DNA of 64,000 bases from assembly GCF_018977255.1 (NCBI RefSeq), contig NW_024704743.1, positions 107,200,001 to 107,264,000 of the forward strand, given 5' to 3'. Within the stretch, counting starts at the first letter, position 1. Every line of letters begins with the position of its first letter. The notes under the pieces were generated by a model that saw only the letters and a list, made by a program, of their open reading frames with translations, did no database searches and was not told where the DNA came from. The position numbers and the translations under genes were made by a program. This DNA comes from Callorhinchus milii (taxonomy: Eukaryota). This document shows, one piece after another, positions 12,238 through 24,617 of this stretch.

Positions 12238-12818
12238 TGAAATTGTCTGTGGCACAGCAACAAATGGCCTTGTTTTTCCTAAATTCTTATGTTCCTCAGA
12301 GCTTGGTAGCTATTTTACCATTGAATCCTAAGATGTAAATTGTTTGAGCTATCTGGTCACCCTGATATACATTGATTTGACATTAAAACAACAAATGGAA
12401 GAAACAAAGCAGGGTGACAGTATCTGAAAGAGAAAAATAACTGATATACTTGAGCTGAAGGGTCACATCCAAAAAGGTCACCTATCTTTCTCTTTCAGTT
12501 GCTAATTGAACTGCTTTGCATTTCAACCATTTTCTCTTTTAGATTGACAACATTTTCAACTTTTCTTTATATCGATGATTCATCTCACATCCAACTCACC
12601 AGACAATAAGAATGCAAAGTTCCCTGCACATCAAATGACCTGTGATTCTACCGCTAACACTGTGAATACATCAGAGGACTCAGGAATTCCAATGTTTTAA
12701 CCAACCAACTCCTGGTTTTCTATTGCACAAAATCATACAGATTCAAACGTGAATGTAATTGAGTGAGCCAATTACTCGGAGGTGCTGCTGCTGCTGAAAA
12801 GTGCAATGTTATACTGAC

Positions 12819-13226
12819 CTGCTGCATTGTTGGCGAGTGCAGAGGAGCCTGAACCTGCATGGGTAGCTGGTGATTTCCTATTTGCTGAGACATAGCAGAG
12901 GTCTGCTGCTGGTGAAGCTGGTGCTGTTGCATGGAAAGCTGCTGGTGCAGAGGAGGGCTGATCTGAAGAGGTGGAGGCGGAGAGACAGCCATATTTGCTA
13001 TAGAAACAGTCACAGGCATCTGACCACTGGGTTTGGGAGCAATGCTCCTAGACAGGTTGGGGTGCATGGCAGATATGTGAGGGTTCATACCAGGCTGTTG
13101 ATGATAGGCACCCGAGCCAAGGTACATTGAAGAGGGGGCCTGTGGTGGACCAGGAAACACTGACTGCTTTGAATTCATTATCTGAGGAGCCTGGGGGTTC
13201 TTTGTATCAGCAGGGTCATTATAGCT
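12819..13226 (-). CDS. TOX: TOX coding exon (exon 7), 408 nt: Gln/Pro-rich region
   Basis: SYNDPADTK...IAPKPSGQMPVTVSIANMAVSPPPPLQISPPLHQ...LHSPTMQQ. Acceptor tccttacag|AGC; donor CAG|gtcagt. Confidence 0.96.
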
Positions 13227-14299
13227 CTGTAAGGAAAGAGCATCGAGATGTTCAAGGAAATCACAATATAACAACAACTTGCACTTATATAGCGCCCATC
13301 ATGCAGGATAACATATGTGACTAACGTACAATAAAGAGATGTAAATCATATTTGCTTTCTAAACATTTTCTTCCTTGATCAGGTAAAATTTGACTGTAAA
13401 ATGTAGTGACTGTGTTTGTAGCGAACACAGGAGCCAATTTTCCTTTCCCTTTTCATTCCATGGGATCTTTAACTTTCAGCTGGACAGGTAGACGGAATCT
13501 TTGTTTAACATCTGACAATTATCTTAATATGTAAGAGACAACCTTATAATAATTATGCTGCACTTTAAAACTTCTGATATGACCAAACCAAAATGAATCT
13601 AGATATCAAGAACCTGTATGCCCTAATATGCACACAATGTCAGTGGCAATAAGATCAGAAGTTATCTTAGGAATTGGTACAAATAAATTATAAATCACTC
13701 TAGAGATTTTTTCAAAAATATTTTTCAAAGGTAGGATTTTCATCTGCAACCATGTAATGAAGTAAAACCACTTATGCAATCCAGATACTTTACTGGTTAG
13801 ACCATCTAACATTGGAGGAGGGTAAAATCATAAACTGAATGTAACAGACACCCAATTGCTGTAATCCCATTATTTACTGCAAAGGTTGTACCTTAAATGA
13901 TTAATAAGACCCATCAGACCAGAGTACACAATCATAATTCAGCTGTAAATCCAAAATTGGTTCAGGCATACAAGTCTCAGAAAGCTGGGTCTGCTTTTGA
14001 CTTTTAGATTGTACACCAAAAGAATGCTATCTTGGTACTTTCAATGAACTGAGCAGTGAATAGCAAACAGCACTTCATCAACCAGAATGACAAGACAATT
14101 AATTAAGTCAAGTAACGCAAAAGGCAATGGTTTTAGAACTCTGAAGAACAGTTATTGTGGCCTGAAGAGATACAAAAGCAAAGCAGGTCGTCCGAGGTGT
14201 GGGGGTGGGTTTGGGGGTAGGGGTGGGGGTGGATGGGAGGGAGGAAAGAGGAATTTTAAATAGAGTGGTGTTGCATGCATTGAGGACACGGGGCATTAC

Positions 14300-14380
14300 C
14301 TTGGAAACCAGGCTGGCTCTATATGCTGCTAACTGCTTGAGATACTCCTTTTTGGCAGCTTCAGTTTTCTTTTTGTACAC
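14300..14380 (-). CDS. TOX: TOX coding exon (exon 6), 81 nt: C-terminal helix of the HMG box
   Basis: [27 protein letters not shown]. Acceptor cctgcag|GTG; donor AAG|gtaatg. Confidence 0.97.
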
Positions 14381-16279
14381 CTGCAGGACAGTAAAAAAGG
14401 ATTGTTAGCAGATGACTGAATTAACTGACTGCAGCACAAATTCACTAAAGTGATCTTTCAAGCAGTAACCTTAATAGTGTCAAATTAGATGAGCTAAACA
14501 ATCATTTTTATTGAAGCCTTTGAAACTCTAACCAGTCAATTTATGTCAGACTCTTTCCTCTTGAGTCTTCCCTGTTCCAGAAACTGTTAAATAGAATGCA
14601 CTTCAAAGTACTCGTATTCCACTGGTATCCAATGTTATCAACAGCTGCATAATCTGACAGAAGCCAACTGTTGCAAAGACCCTCTACCTGAAATGTTATT
14701 CCTTCCACTAATAGCATTGCGCTCATTCATTCTGTTATCAAAAAAATGTTGCATTGATTCTTTAGTAGGTAAATTTGTATTTGCTGAACTGTGGGCATTC
14801 AACAGCAAAGCACCTATATAAAATATAACACAGTATTTATATATGGGATGGAACTATTTTCCAATGTTTAGCTCTAGAGACCATAGCACGCCTTATTTTC
14901 TCATTCAGCACAGTTTTGTACCAACACGTTTTTCTGCTCGTAGATACAGTACTGCTGACATAATCAAAAATAAGATGAATTGTCTTAATGTGACACACAC
15001 TGGAACTTGAAACCTTCTCTGTGAAGTATTCGAGAGGGAACAGGCCAGGGAAAATGTACTAAAGAGATTTTTTTTCTTTTGAAGCAAAGGTTGCTGTTCA
15101 AGGATCTGCGCAACAAACTAACAAAGCAACAGAGTTGCAGCCGGAATTGTTGCAATGCCAAAACATTTCAAATCATGTTAGAGTATCTGCAGTAAGTATA
15201 GCTTTTCTCATTCTTTGAATAAAAGTACAACCGCTCATAAACTTCCCATAAAGAGAAAAGTGCAACCTGAGTGGTCATGTGATCTTTCCCTTCTCTGCTG
15301 ATTATGAGGACTCATTATGGGCCATACCCTCAAATCTCTGCCTGGACAAAGCAGCATTGAGTTGCAGATAACATCAAAAGTATTGAAATATAACACAATA
15401 AATCTGCAAAATTAGCTCCAACTCATGCCAGTTCTGAACCAGAATGGACTGGAGACTGGCAACAAATGTAGATTATTATACAGTATTTGTACTGTTATAA
15501 GATATGGGGGGATACTCTCTTCAGTAGGCAATCTAACATTTTTCTCATTTGTTTAACCTCAATATACAAGTATACTAGGTATACTACAATACTTTAAGAG
15601 TTGACGGAAAAATTATTTGGAGACTTGAATCTTCAGATGAGCTTGGAGTACTGAAATGTCAAAGTCCTGAGCTACAAAGTCAAGACAATAAGGGTAATAA
15701 AAGGATGCTGTGCAGATTACCATCTTACACATGACCTCAAGATAAACCCTCCAGAAGTGACCACCAATGAATAGAGTTTCCCTGATGAGTCTTACCTGCC
15801 AGGGAGTCACACAAGAAGATACACTGCACAACCCAAACTGCTAACCTCTGTTTACATAAAGTCTTGGTCTCGGAGGAAATTAACAATTATCCAGACTGAC
15901 AGAGTTCCTTTGCAGTAGCTGCTTAGGAGGTTAGTGCCCTGTGCACATCATTACTTCCTCTCCATGGAAAAAATGTGAGGTGACAGATCAAACTTGGGCA
16001 TGTGGTTTCCTCCGGCAGATGAAACTGAGAAAAAACCTTAGGCAAAAGGAAGGATTGAGCTTGAGAAATACCCTGTGAAACAAGAAGGTTCTTCTACCAC
16101 TAACCCATACACTTTACCACCCCTTGCGCTCAATAAAGACCGGCAAATAACAGTACCAAGTGAAAGCAATGCAAAATTATGGGAAAGCAATGTAAGATTA
16201 TGGGAACATTATTTTGCTCAGATCCAGTTTCAGGTTCAACAATTTGAAGAACTTCGGGTATTTTTCATGCACCAGGAAC

Positions 16280-16427
16280 CAAGAGGGTTATCAAAGTATA
16301 TGGGGAGGCAGGAAGTGGGAAGAGTGAAATTCATTTAGATTGCAGATTATTTGTGTTGAAGAAATTTCCAGGACAGAGTCAATGGGTCAAGTGATCTGTT
16401 TCTGTCCTGTAGAATTCTATGATTCTA
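16280..16427 (+). mobile_element. CR1-type 3' end; similar remnants near 9921-10002(+), 45935-46085(+), 59087-59310(-), 62895-63110(-), and an RT remnant near 63290-63380(+)
   Basis: gatgggtcaa..cctgtttctgt..ttctatgattct-type terminus; 63290-63380 reads as a degenerate SGxPQGSxLGPxLFxxxIND. Confidence 0.6.
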
Positions 16428-17099
16428 GGTCACCACAGGGTGTCTCCCAGTTGCCAGCCCAGCAAAGCAGATAATAAGAAACAGTAGTAATATGGATTCT
16501 CAGTGAGTTCAAAGAGAGTCACTCATCTGCATATGAAGATCTGATGAAAATGCTGACTGAAGCTTTGATCATAGAAATAACAAACAAAATAGTTTCCACA
16601 TGGAGCTGTAAGCCTCTATAAGTTGATGTATTGCAATTAGCTGGGTTGCCACCACCACCCCTATCAATTGCTCCTAACGTCTTTCAAGAACAACATTATC
16701 CATCAGATGATCTGGGAATCGAACCTTCTGCAGATGCAAAAGCCATTCTGTATTAACTTGTACGTGTAACAATACCAAGGCTGAATCCCTGTGAAGTGGC
16801 TTCACTTAGGATGGTTGTATTGCATTGTTTGTCCAACCATGGCAGGCATCGGCAGATTGCACTAATATATGGTGTCGATGAAATAGTGACACAAAAGCCT
16901 TGCAGACTACTGACAAAATACACTTGAACTCAATAAGCTTCAAAGAAACTTCCTCCCTAAAAACCCAAAGGTCGCATATAAGATACTGCTATGCTACCAA
17001 AAACTTTTTTTCATATGTAAGAGACAACTGAAGATCTGCTGCTAACACAAGGGGGGGAAAAAGAGCTAAGATTCCAACCAGAATTTGCCTGCATCAAGC

Positions 17100-17448
17100 A
17101 CACAAGCCATCAGCCCCATCCTGGCTTGGCTCCGCCAGCTCCCCATCCTCCCATGGATTGACATTCAAGATCTTCGTCCTCACTTTCAAATCCGTCTTTA
17201 CCCCACCTAACTTCTGTGAACCCTGTGACCTTACTATACAGGCTGCTCACTCCACTTCCCAAACATTGGCCCATCTTCACGTCCCCTGCCTAATGTGACG
17301 TCCCTTCTGGTAGGTGAGCTTTTAACTCTTTTGCCCCCATTCTGTGAAACGTCATCCCGCAGTCCCTCCCTCTCCACTTTCAAAAATGACCTGAACTGTG
17401 TGATGAGCTTTGAGATGTCTTCTATATAAATGTAAATTGTTGTTGTTG
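17100..17448 (+). mobile_element. L2-type LINE 3' end; further L2 3' remnants near 7862-8060(-), 30100-30540(-), 43503-43790(-), 45417-45650(-), 50585-50930(-), 61366-61660(-), 62590-62770(+)
   Basis: Pyrimidine-rich body (ccatggattgacattcaagatcttcgtcctcactttcaaatcc) ending tatataaatgtaaa(ttg)n. Confidence 0.7.
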
Positions 17449-19150
17449 CATTGTATAACAAGGCCTTATAGAATGATAGAAGGGCTATACATTTCAGTAA
17501 GATTCCCTGACTGCTTAGAATAGGAGATTTTTCAAATAAGTAGATGGTAGTATTCTGTGTTAGGTAAATCATATTTTAATGTGAAGGCTTATATACGTGA
17601 GAATGATTTGTTTCAAAGAGCCTGCCTCGAAAAAAGGCCCAGAGTTCTTTAAAATAGATCAACATTTTTACTAAAGAATTTTTGAAAACATATTTTTCTT
17701 TGAATCAAACAAAAGGAAGGAATTATACTGTGACTTAAATTCATGATGAATTGGGCAGCAAAAATAATGCAAGTGGGTAGAATAGCAGCTTGGTCAGATT
17801 TACAGCCTCAAGTCACATTTTTGTAGTCTGCATGTGCTGCAGGCAAAGTGCTAAGAGTAATAAATACCAATTTCAGAAACAAAAGCAATCTTGGTGCAGC
17901 CAGTGGCTATATTACAACAGCAGACAGAAACAGATGAAATAGGGCCTAGTATGCTTTTTCCTATTTATGCAGTAAACCAAAGGACCACAGAATCCCCTTG
18001 TAGGGAATTAAACATCGTGACATGTAGCATTTTTCTTATCATTGACTTACGATCCTATTATGGCCTTTTCCAGCCTTTTCATTCATAGTCCCTGTTGTGT
18101 GTTATATATACTTCATGGTCAAACCAGGAATTTGTTTAAATCCCCAAACTGTACATAATCATTAAAATCATTACCTCAGAAAACCTCCCTGCCTTTCCAG
18201 AATATGTGTTTTCTTTAAAAAATGTAGTTGAATATTATATTCAAGTTTCACATGCCCATATGTAACGATTCCTGATGCATAACTCTCCTCCTTTATTCTC
18301 GTCCGACTAATACCCTGGATCTTATGATGTGGTTTAGACAAGTCCTAAAGTATATTGAGGAGGTTTTGTATTTGATCACTTCAAAAATCCAGCATATTTA
18401 GATTTTCCTGCAGGGCACAATCTTTCCCCCCTCCCCCCAAACGTTTCTCAACAGATGAGCATAGATTAATCAAGTACGAGGAAATTTTACTGTTTGCAGG
18501 ACGGGATACTGCTGTGCGTAATTGGTTGTCACGTTTCGCCTACAAAATACACTTTACAGTATATTCTGTGAAGTGCATTGAGATGTCTCAACAATGTGTT
18601 AGGGCGGAAAATCAAATGCAAGGATTATTATTATATTATTATTCCGGTGGTAAAAAAACATTCACTCCAATTTACAGTATATAAGCACTTCCGCCCGACA
18701 TGAAAAGCGCTGTACCAAATGTACGGATTATTCTTATTATTAATAAATTTATCCAGTTTGCTGTATGAGCAGATCCCATTCTCCACTGTTGAGTGAGCTT
18801 GTAAAGGGGAAAATCCCCTACTGTGCCATTTCTAGCCCTGAGGAAGAAATGCCGACACCATTTTCTTCTGCATTGGTTCAAATCTAAAAGCTTTCCTGTA
18901 TTGATCACATCTAGCGCACAGATGGCCTGTCTTTAACAAGTGGTTGGGGGCTTGAAAGCTAAATTCAATAATACAGCCTGTAGCCAAGTGCATAAATGGA
19001 GAAAGAAGAGGCTGAATCTTCATGGGGGGAAGAAGAGATCATGGTATTTTATCTTTTTCTCAGTTTAGCTACATTTCTCCGTTCTAGCTGAAAGGGCCTT
19101 CTCGTAAGGGAAAGTCACTGTTTTCCCTCCGAAGACCACCTACATGGTTT

Positions 19151-19433
19151 CCATTGTTCTAATTGAGGACAACTCCATAGCATCACAACTCGGGAGTTAT
19201 TGTCCTAATTGAGGAGAACAGCACAGCAATGTCACGCAGAGGCCATTGTTGCAGTTGAAGACATCGTGGCAACCAAGAGCCGAGCACTGCTTCACAGGGG
19301 TCACCGTGCTAATGAAGTACAGCATCCTGATAACACACAAGAGCCATTGTTCGAGCCAAGATCTGGGTGGTAACATCACACAGAAGCCATCATTCTAGTT
19401 GAGAACAGCAGAGCGAAATGACATTGTTCAAAC
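19151..19433. repeat. Degenerate tandem array, unit ~43-46 nt (range 34-58), about 6-7 units
   Basis: Units begin with variants of CCATTGTTCTAATTGAGGACA at 19151, 19197, 19243, 19301, 19344, 19387 and 19421. Confidence 0.65.
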
Positions 19434-21283
19434 ACAAAATATTTCTGTGCTTTTTGGCTGTCCAACCTGAGATTCCGTCAGGAACTCACTAACGCGGAAG
19501 AGATTAAATGATGCAAACAGCAATGCAATACTTCATCTATTGCTTCTGATGTCCTGCAAAGATATCACTGGGGTTCTCAAAGGGTTAAAAACCAAGTCAT
19601 TGTCTTATGTCAGAAGTACTATGGGAAGGAAATTCTATTGCCATTTAATTGTTTGCACTTCACAGCAACTTACTGTACCAATATGGAGACACTAATAGCA
19701 ATAAGAGTGTGAAATGACTGTGAAACAAAATGTCTCAGCTACTGCCAAGAATGCCTTGTATGTATAGATCAGCTTACATTTCGCCCACCCATCATCATGA
19801 CATACTCGAGCTCAATCCATAGTAACTATTTCTATGTTTACAAAACGAATCATGCACACTTCTAATTTGCAGAAAAGGTATTATAATTATTCACAATACA
19901 AGACAAGGTTGCCGAGTGTTGTGCTGTAATCAGACACCCAATTGTATGTGAAAATCAGTCAGGAGAAATAAGAGAAGAAAGCTGTGATTTTTATGCTACA
20001 TTATCTATCTGCTTTGTGAGCACCAATGAAGAGTAAATGATTTGATTGACTTGACTGGACATAATATTAATGGAATTACTGACAGCTCAGAGAAGAAGAC
20101 ATCGGTTTTGGGGCTCAGTGGATTTGTCAGCTGCCTTGGAAGCATGATTCCAGCTCTTCCCATCCTTGCTGCACCTAATTCACCAGGACAGGCTCATAAT
20201 TAAAGCAAATTAACTATTTACACTTGCAACTACTACCAGGGGAAGGATGACATCAGCAGGAAGGAACGAGTGGGAAATTAAATTCTTCCCACTTATGTCA
20301 GCTCTGCCCTCATACAACATATTAACAGTAATTTTATGAAGCGTCAAACACAGGAATAAATACCGTGGGTGAAGCAATTAGGTGTTGCTATTGAGTTAAA
20401 CTGCTCGCGTTAAGGTTACTGAATATAAATTATGCAGCTGAAAGCAAGCATATGTTATAGTGCTCAACAGTTGCTAATGTTACCTAATCATTAATTTGCG
20501 GATCAGTAAATTAATCCATGGCAGCCAGCTCCTTCTGCAACTGAGTTTATGTTTTAAAATAAGCACTGGGCCATAACAACAATAGCAGAATCATTCACTG
20601 CCTGCAGCTCAATGGAATCCAGCTTATATTACATCCATTTTCCACAAAGAAAAATATATCTTTAATCTTTGTTAAAATATTCAGTACTTTTCTTTGCCTA
20701 AATGGACACAATCTTTGTTAATAAATAGAACAATGAATAGTGCTAAAGAGCAAAGACAGAGTCGATCTCAATAGAGTTTTTGTAACAAAATGTCAACCGA
20801 GTTGATGCGATGGAGGCTCTACACAAGCTAAAAGGGAGGGGCAATTGTGATAAATTCTGTGTGTGGCTGTAAGGAAGGAACTGTTATTATCTGACACCAC
20901 TTTCGTTTTATTTTTTCAACTTGTTGCCTTTATTTTTACACAATTCTAATAAGGCAGGCGTCTGATGGATTGCATGTCTTGTTGGAAACCAATTTTCGCT
21001 GTTTTTGTTTTCTTATATAGAAAAAATGTGCAAGTAAGACTGCAAGGGTGTTGGCATGACTCAAAATGGTGAAGCATGTTAATTCACTGCACCTTTGCAA
21101 TCATACCTTTCTTTTGGTCACCTTTCCCCTCAGACCCCCCCCTCCACCTTCCCCTCTACCACGCCTGGGTTACTTGTCAGCTGTGTGAAGCGCTTTGCAG
21201 TCCATCACTTTATAGATTTTCTGTTTCTACTTGCCATTATCTGACATTCCAACTCATCGCATTTCTTAACAGGATTCCTAAAC

Positions 21284-21575
21284 AATAATAATCATTGCAT
21301 TTGATATAGCTCCTTATCACATCTTTGAGACATCTCAAAACACTTCACAGAATATACTGTAAAGTGAATTGACTGTATATTTTGTGGGCAAAACCGGCAG
21401 CCAATTGTGCACAGCAGTGCCCCACAAACAGTCGTGGATTGAAGTGAACAATTTATTACTATTATTTTTGAAGGAATTATTACCCCCGGAAAAACAATCC
21501 GCCAATCAACTAACAACCGAGTTCTTACTTACTGCTAGGTAAACAGAGGTGTGTGGAATAAGGAAACTTGCCCAA
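21284..21575 (-). mobile_element. SINE, long subfamily with an extra internal segment, 5'-truncated
   Basis: Same tail and ttgggcaagtttcctta segment as the young SINE, plus an internal ctctgtttacctagcagtaag..ggttgttagttgattggcgg segment. Confidence 0.8.
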
Positions 21576-21587
21576 CATTGAACGGTC

Positions 21588-21882
21588 TCCCACAAACAGC
21601 AATGCAGTGAGTGACCAACTTTATTTGGGGTACTATTTACCAGGTCACCAGGAGAACAAGACTTCATTCTCTTTTCAAATAGCTTCATGGGATCTTTAAC
21701 ATCCACCTGAACAGGCAGATGGGTGCTCAGTTTAACATCTCATCCAAAGGACGGCATCTCTGACAATTTAGCACACCTCCAGCACCGCATTGATGTGTCC
21801 TTGTGATTCCAAGTCTCAATGTGAGGCTTGATCCTCACACCTTCTGACTCAGAGGTTGAGTGCTACCACTGAGTCAGGCTGA
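21588..21882 (-). mobile_element. Older Deu-domain SINE (SacSINE1/AmnSINE1-like)
   Basis: Plus strand catgggatctttaacatccacctgaacaggcagatggg...gtttaacatctcatccaaaggacggcatctctgaca; tRNA-like head ttctgactcagagg..tgctaccactgagtc. Family recognised from memory. Confidence 0.75.
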
Positions 21883-22652
21883 TATCTACGAATAAAACTG
21901 GTAGAAAACCCTAAGATGTTAGTCCACAGCTCTCTATTCCTCTCAAAGGCTTTACAGATCTCGGAGGTGATGACAAACTATATAAGTCCTGAACAGCAGT
22001 GCTCCAGAATACCCCAGTGGTCAAGAAGGTTACCAAATGCTAGCCACTGCCGAAACCTCACTGTCATTAACAGATAAGTTAAGGTTACAGCATCGAGGAA
22101 CCACTTCAGTGCCTCACAAATAGCAACATTTTTTTTGCACCTTTCCCATGCAAAGATTGAGACCTATCGCCTTCCACATACAATACATCAAACGTACTGT
22201 GATTCAAATACAATTGTAACAAAATCCTTCACAAAAATGTATCATCAGAGCATTCATTGGCATACAGTACTCCATTCATTCAACTAGAGTACTTGATAAT
22301 TACAGTTCAGATTTCTCTGGCAATAGTTGAAACTAGAAACAAGAAAAAGGATGTTCAGGCTATCTAGCAAATACTTCAATTACCCTCACCACCGAGAACC
22401 ATGTAGACCACTTTCATCGCCTTCCTGGTGAGCTGAAATGTCTTTCAAGTTTGTTTGCTTATGACTTGTATCATCTACTCCTTGTCGAACAACATACCAA
22501 TCCATTTATTTTCAGTGGGGTTTAACATAAAGTTGCTATATGAATGTTGTGTGTTGAATGCTGAGCTATTCATCAGACTTACATATTCTAATGGCAAACT
22601 GAGAACTGAACTGAAGGCCGAACAGTGTAGCACCTCAAAATTGCACGCTCAC

Positions 22653-22883
22653 CTGCTTTTGTTCCTCGCCTAAACCATCCCACATCGAGGCAACGATTTT
22701 TGAAACTTCACCAAAAGTGGCATTTGGGTTTTGGCCCTTAATGGCTGCTTGAGTATCGCGAAAGAAGAGAGCGTAGGCGGACACCGGCTTCTGGGGCTCA
22801 TTGGGGTCCTTCTTTTTCTTCTTTTTTGGAGTTTTGGGTTTCTTTCCCACATCTACGGCTGCCCGTTTTTCACCACCATTCAT
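22653..22883 (-). CDS. TOX: TOX coding exon (exon 5), 231 nt: basic NLS and N-terminal part of the HMG box
   Basis: MNGGEKR...[64 protein letters not shown], the TOX-family HMG box; [10 protein letters not shown] fits TOX rather than TOX2/3/4 as I recall them. Acceptor gcaacag|ATG; donor CAG|gtgagc. Confidence 0.98.
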
Positions 22884-24617
22884 CTGTTGCATGAAATAAA
22901 GAACAATCTTTAAATGTATCGAATTCCGCTGTTTATTTAACCTGCTGCAATTTCACAGTACAGAAAAAGAAAGAACATTGGGTTGAACTTGTGAGATTCA
23001 ATAAAGGATTTGCAAATAGCGAACCCCAGACTTGTGACTTCAGACCATGTGCCATACTGCTTTGGACACTTCATGGAAACTAGAACTGAGCTATGACACA
23101 TCCAGATTCACTTTTCAAAAATCCTTTTGCAAATCTCACAATTTAAACACCAGTGATTCATCTGCTATGCTGAGCTTGTGTAACCTAGATCAATCACATC
23201 TCCAGTTTGTCTTTCAATAAACTATAGTAGTACTGTTTTAAGGTTCTAGTCTAACATGCTGTCGTCAAAATAATTAAGAACTGTGACTATAAATATAACA
23301 AAATGAGCAGAGATACAAACAGAAACGTAATTTTGCCATTATGCATTTGAGTAAAAACAAATTCCTTACATTTGTCAATATATTGTATTTGAGAATTTAA
23401 TGTTTGTTATAAGATAAAATTGTATATTTCTGCCAAGGAAATGTAGGATTGTTTGTAAGTTAAGCAATTCTGTATAAGTCATAAGCATCAGAACACGTGA
23501 ATTTCTTCAACCCTTCACCACATGTTGCAACCACACATTTTTCTCAGCATATGCACAACCCCGATAAATCTATAGGAAGCACTGCGCAACCAAAATGTAC
23601 AACGACCTCATAAAATATGTCTATTTCTGTAAACTTTTGAAAATGCAATAATAAAAATTGAGCTACTCAAATTCAACATCAAATTCAACATCAGTATAAG
23701 AAACTGTGACAAAACAGTGTTAAATACAGTCTGAAATGTAGTTACGGTTTTTAAACCGTATCTGATTGCGATGTGCTACGGCATGAGTCTAATGCGACCA
23801 ATCTGCTAAATGTTTAATACAAATTATATTAGACTGTAATGTTTTTAACTGTTAATGTGCAACGATTTGAAGCTTACAGAAGTCAACTCTCCTCCTCCAA
23901 AGTATTTCCCATCTCCTTAGTAAAAGAGCTGAATTACATCCCTCCCCGCACCCCACCCCCATCCAACACATTCGCACCCTTATACACAAATTTTTTATAG
24001 GTATCAACGCCTTTGCTTGACCAGGTACCTAGTTGATCAAAATGTTCCAGGTTTGTGCTCAAATGAAATTTGTTCAGTAATTTTACCCAACAATTATTCC
24101 CATTCATGGCTATGCTACAACGATATGACCAACTATAAGTGATGAGTTCAAACATAACAGATTTGTTGGTGTGGGTAGCTCTGCTCTGCTCCCATAGTAC
24201 CAATCTGTGCCATTGACCTCACCCTCAGTGTTATCAGTAGTGGTACAAGCAATATGAGGAAACCACATAGTCTCGTGGTTCAACTCACGTCCCTGCTTAC
24301 AGTTAAAATGTTCCATTGTGTTCAAACATGTTGTGATCATTCAGCATCTCCCACTGCTTTTCTAATCTGAAGTGCCATCGATGCAAACATTACAAAGGAG
24401 TAACTACACAAAACCTCAGTCAGACAACTGTACGTATATACATGTGTCAGGGGCCCCTGAGACAGTCTGCATCTGATATCAATTAGATGAATACTTGCAA
24501 AATGGAACGGTGTAAGATTTTCCTAACCACAGCAAGATAGAGAAATGATTCAAGGAATTAATATCTTCTGGATGATTAGTTTCCAGCTTGAGGAGAGGCT
24601 CTCTGATTTTTATGGAA

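Noticed and set aside
12870..13130. Plus-strand ORFs overlapping TOX exons (also 14199-14408 and 22731-22913)
   Set aside because: Antisense shadows of coding exons or low-complexity tracts, with no independent coding signal.
19151..19433. CRISPR-like repeat-spacer array
   Set aside because: The repeats are highly degenerate, similarity extends through the units, the context is a vertebrate intron and no cas genes are present.
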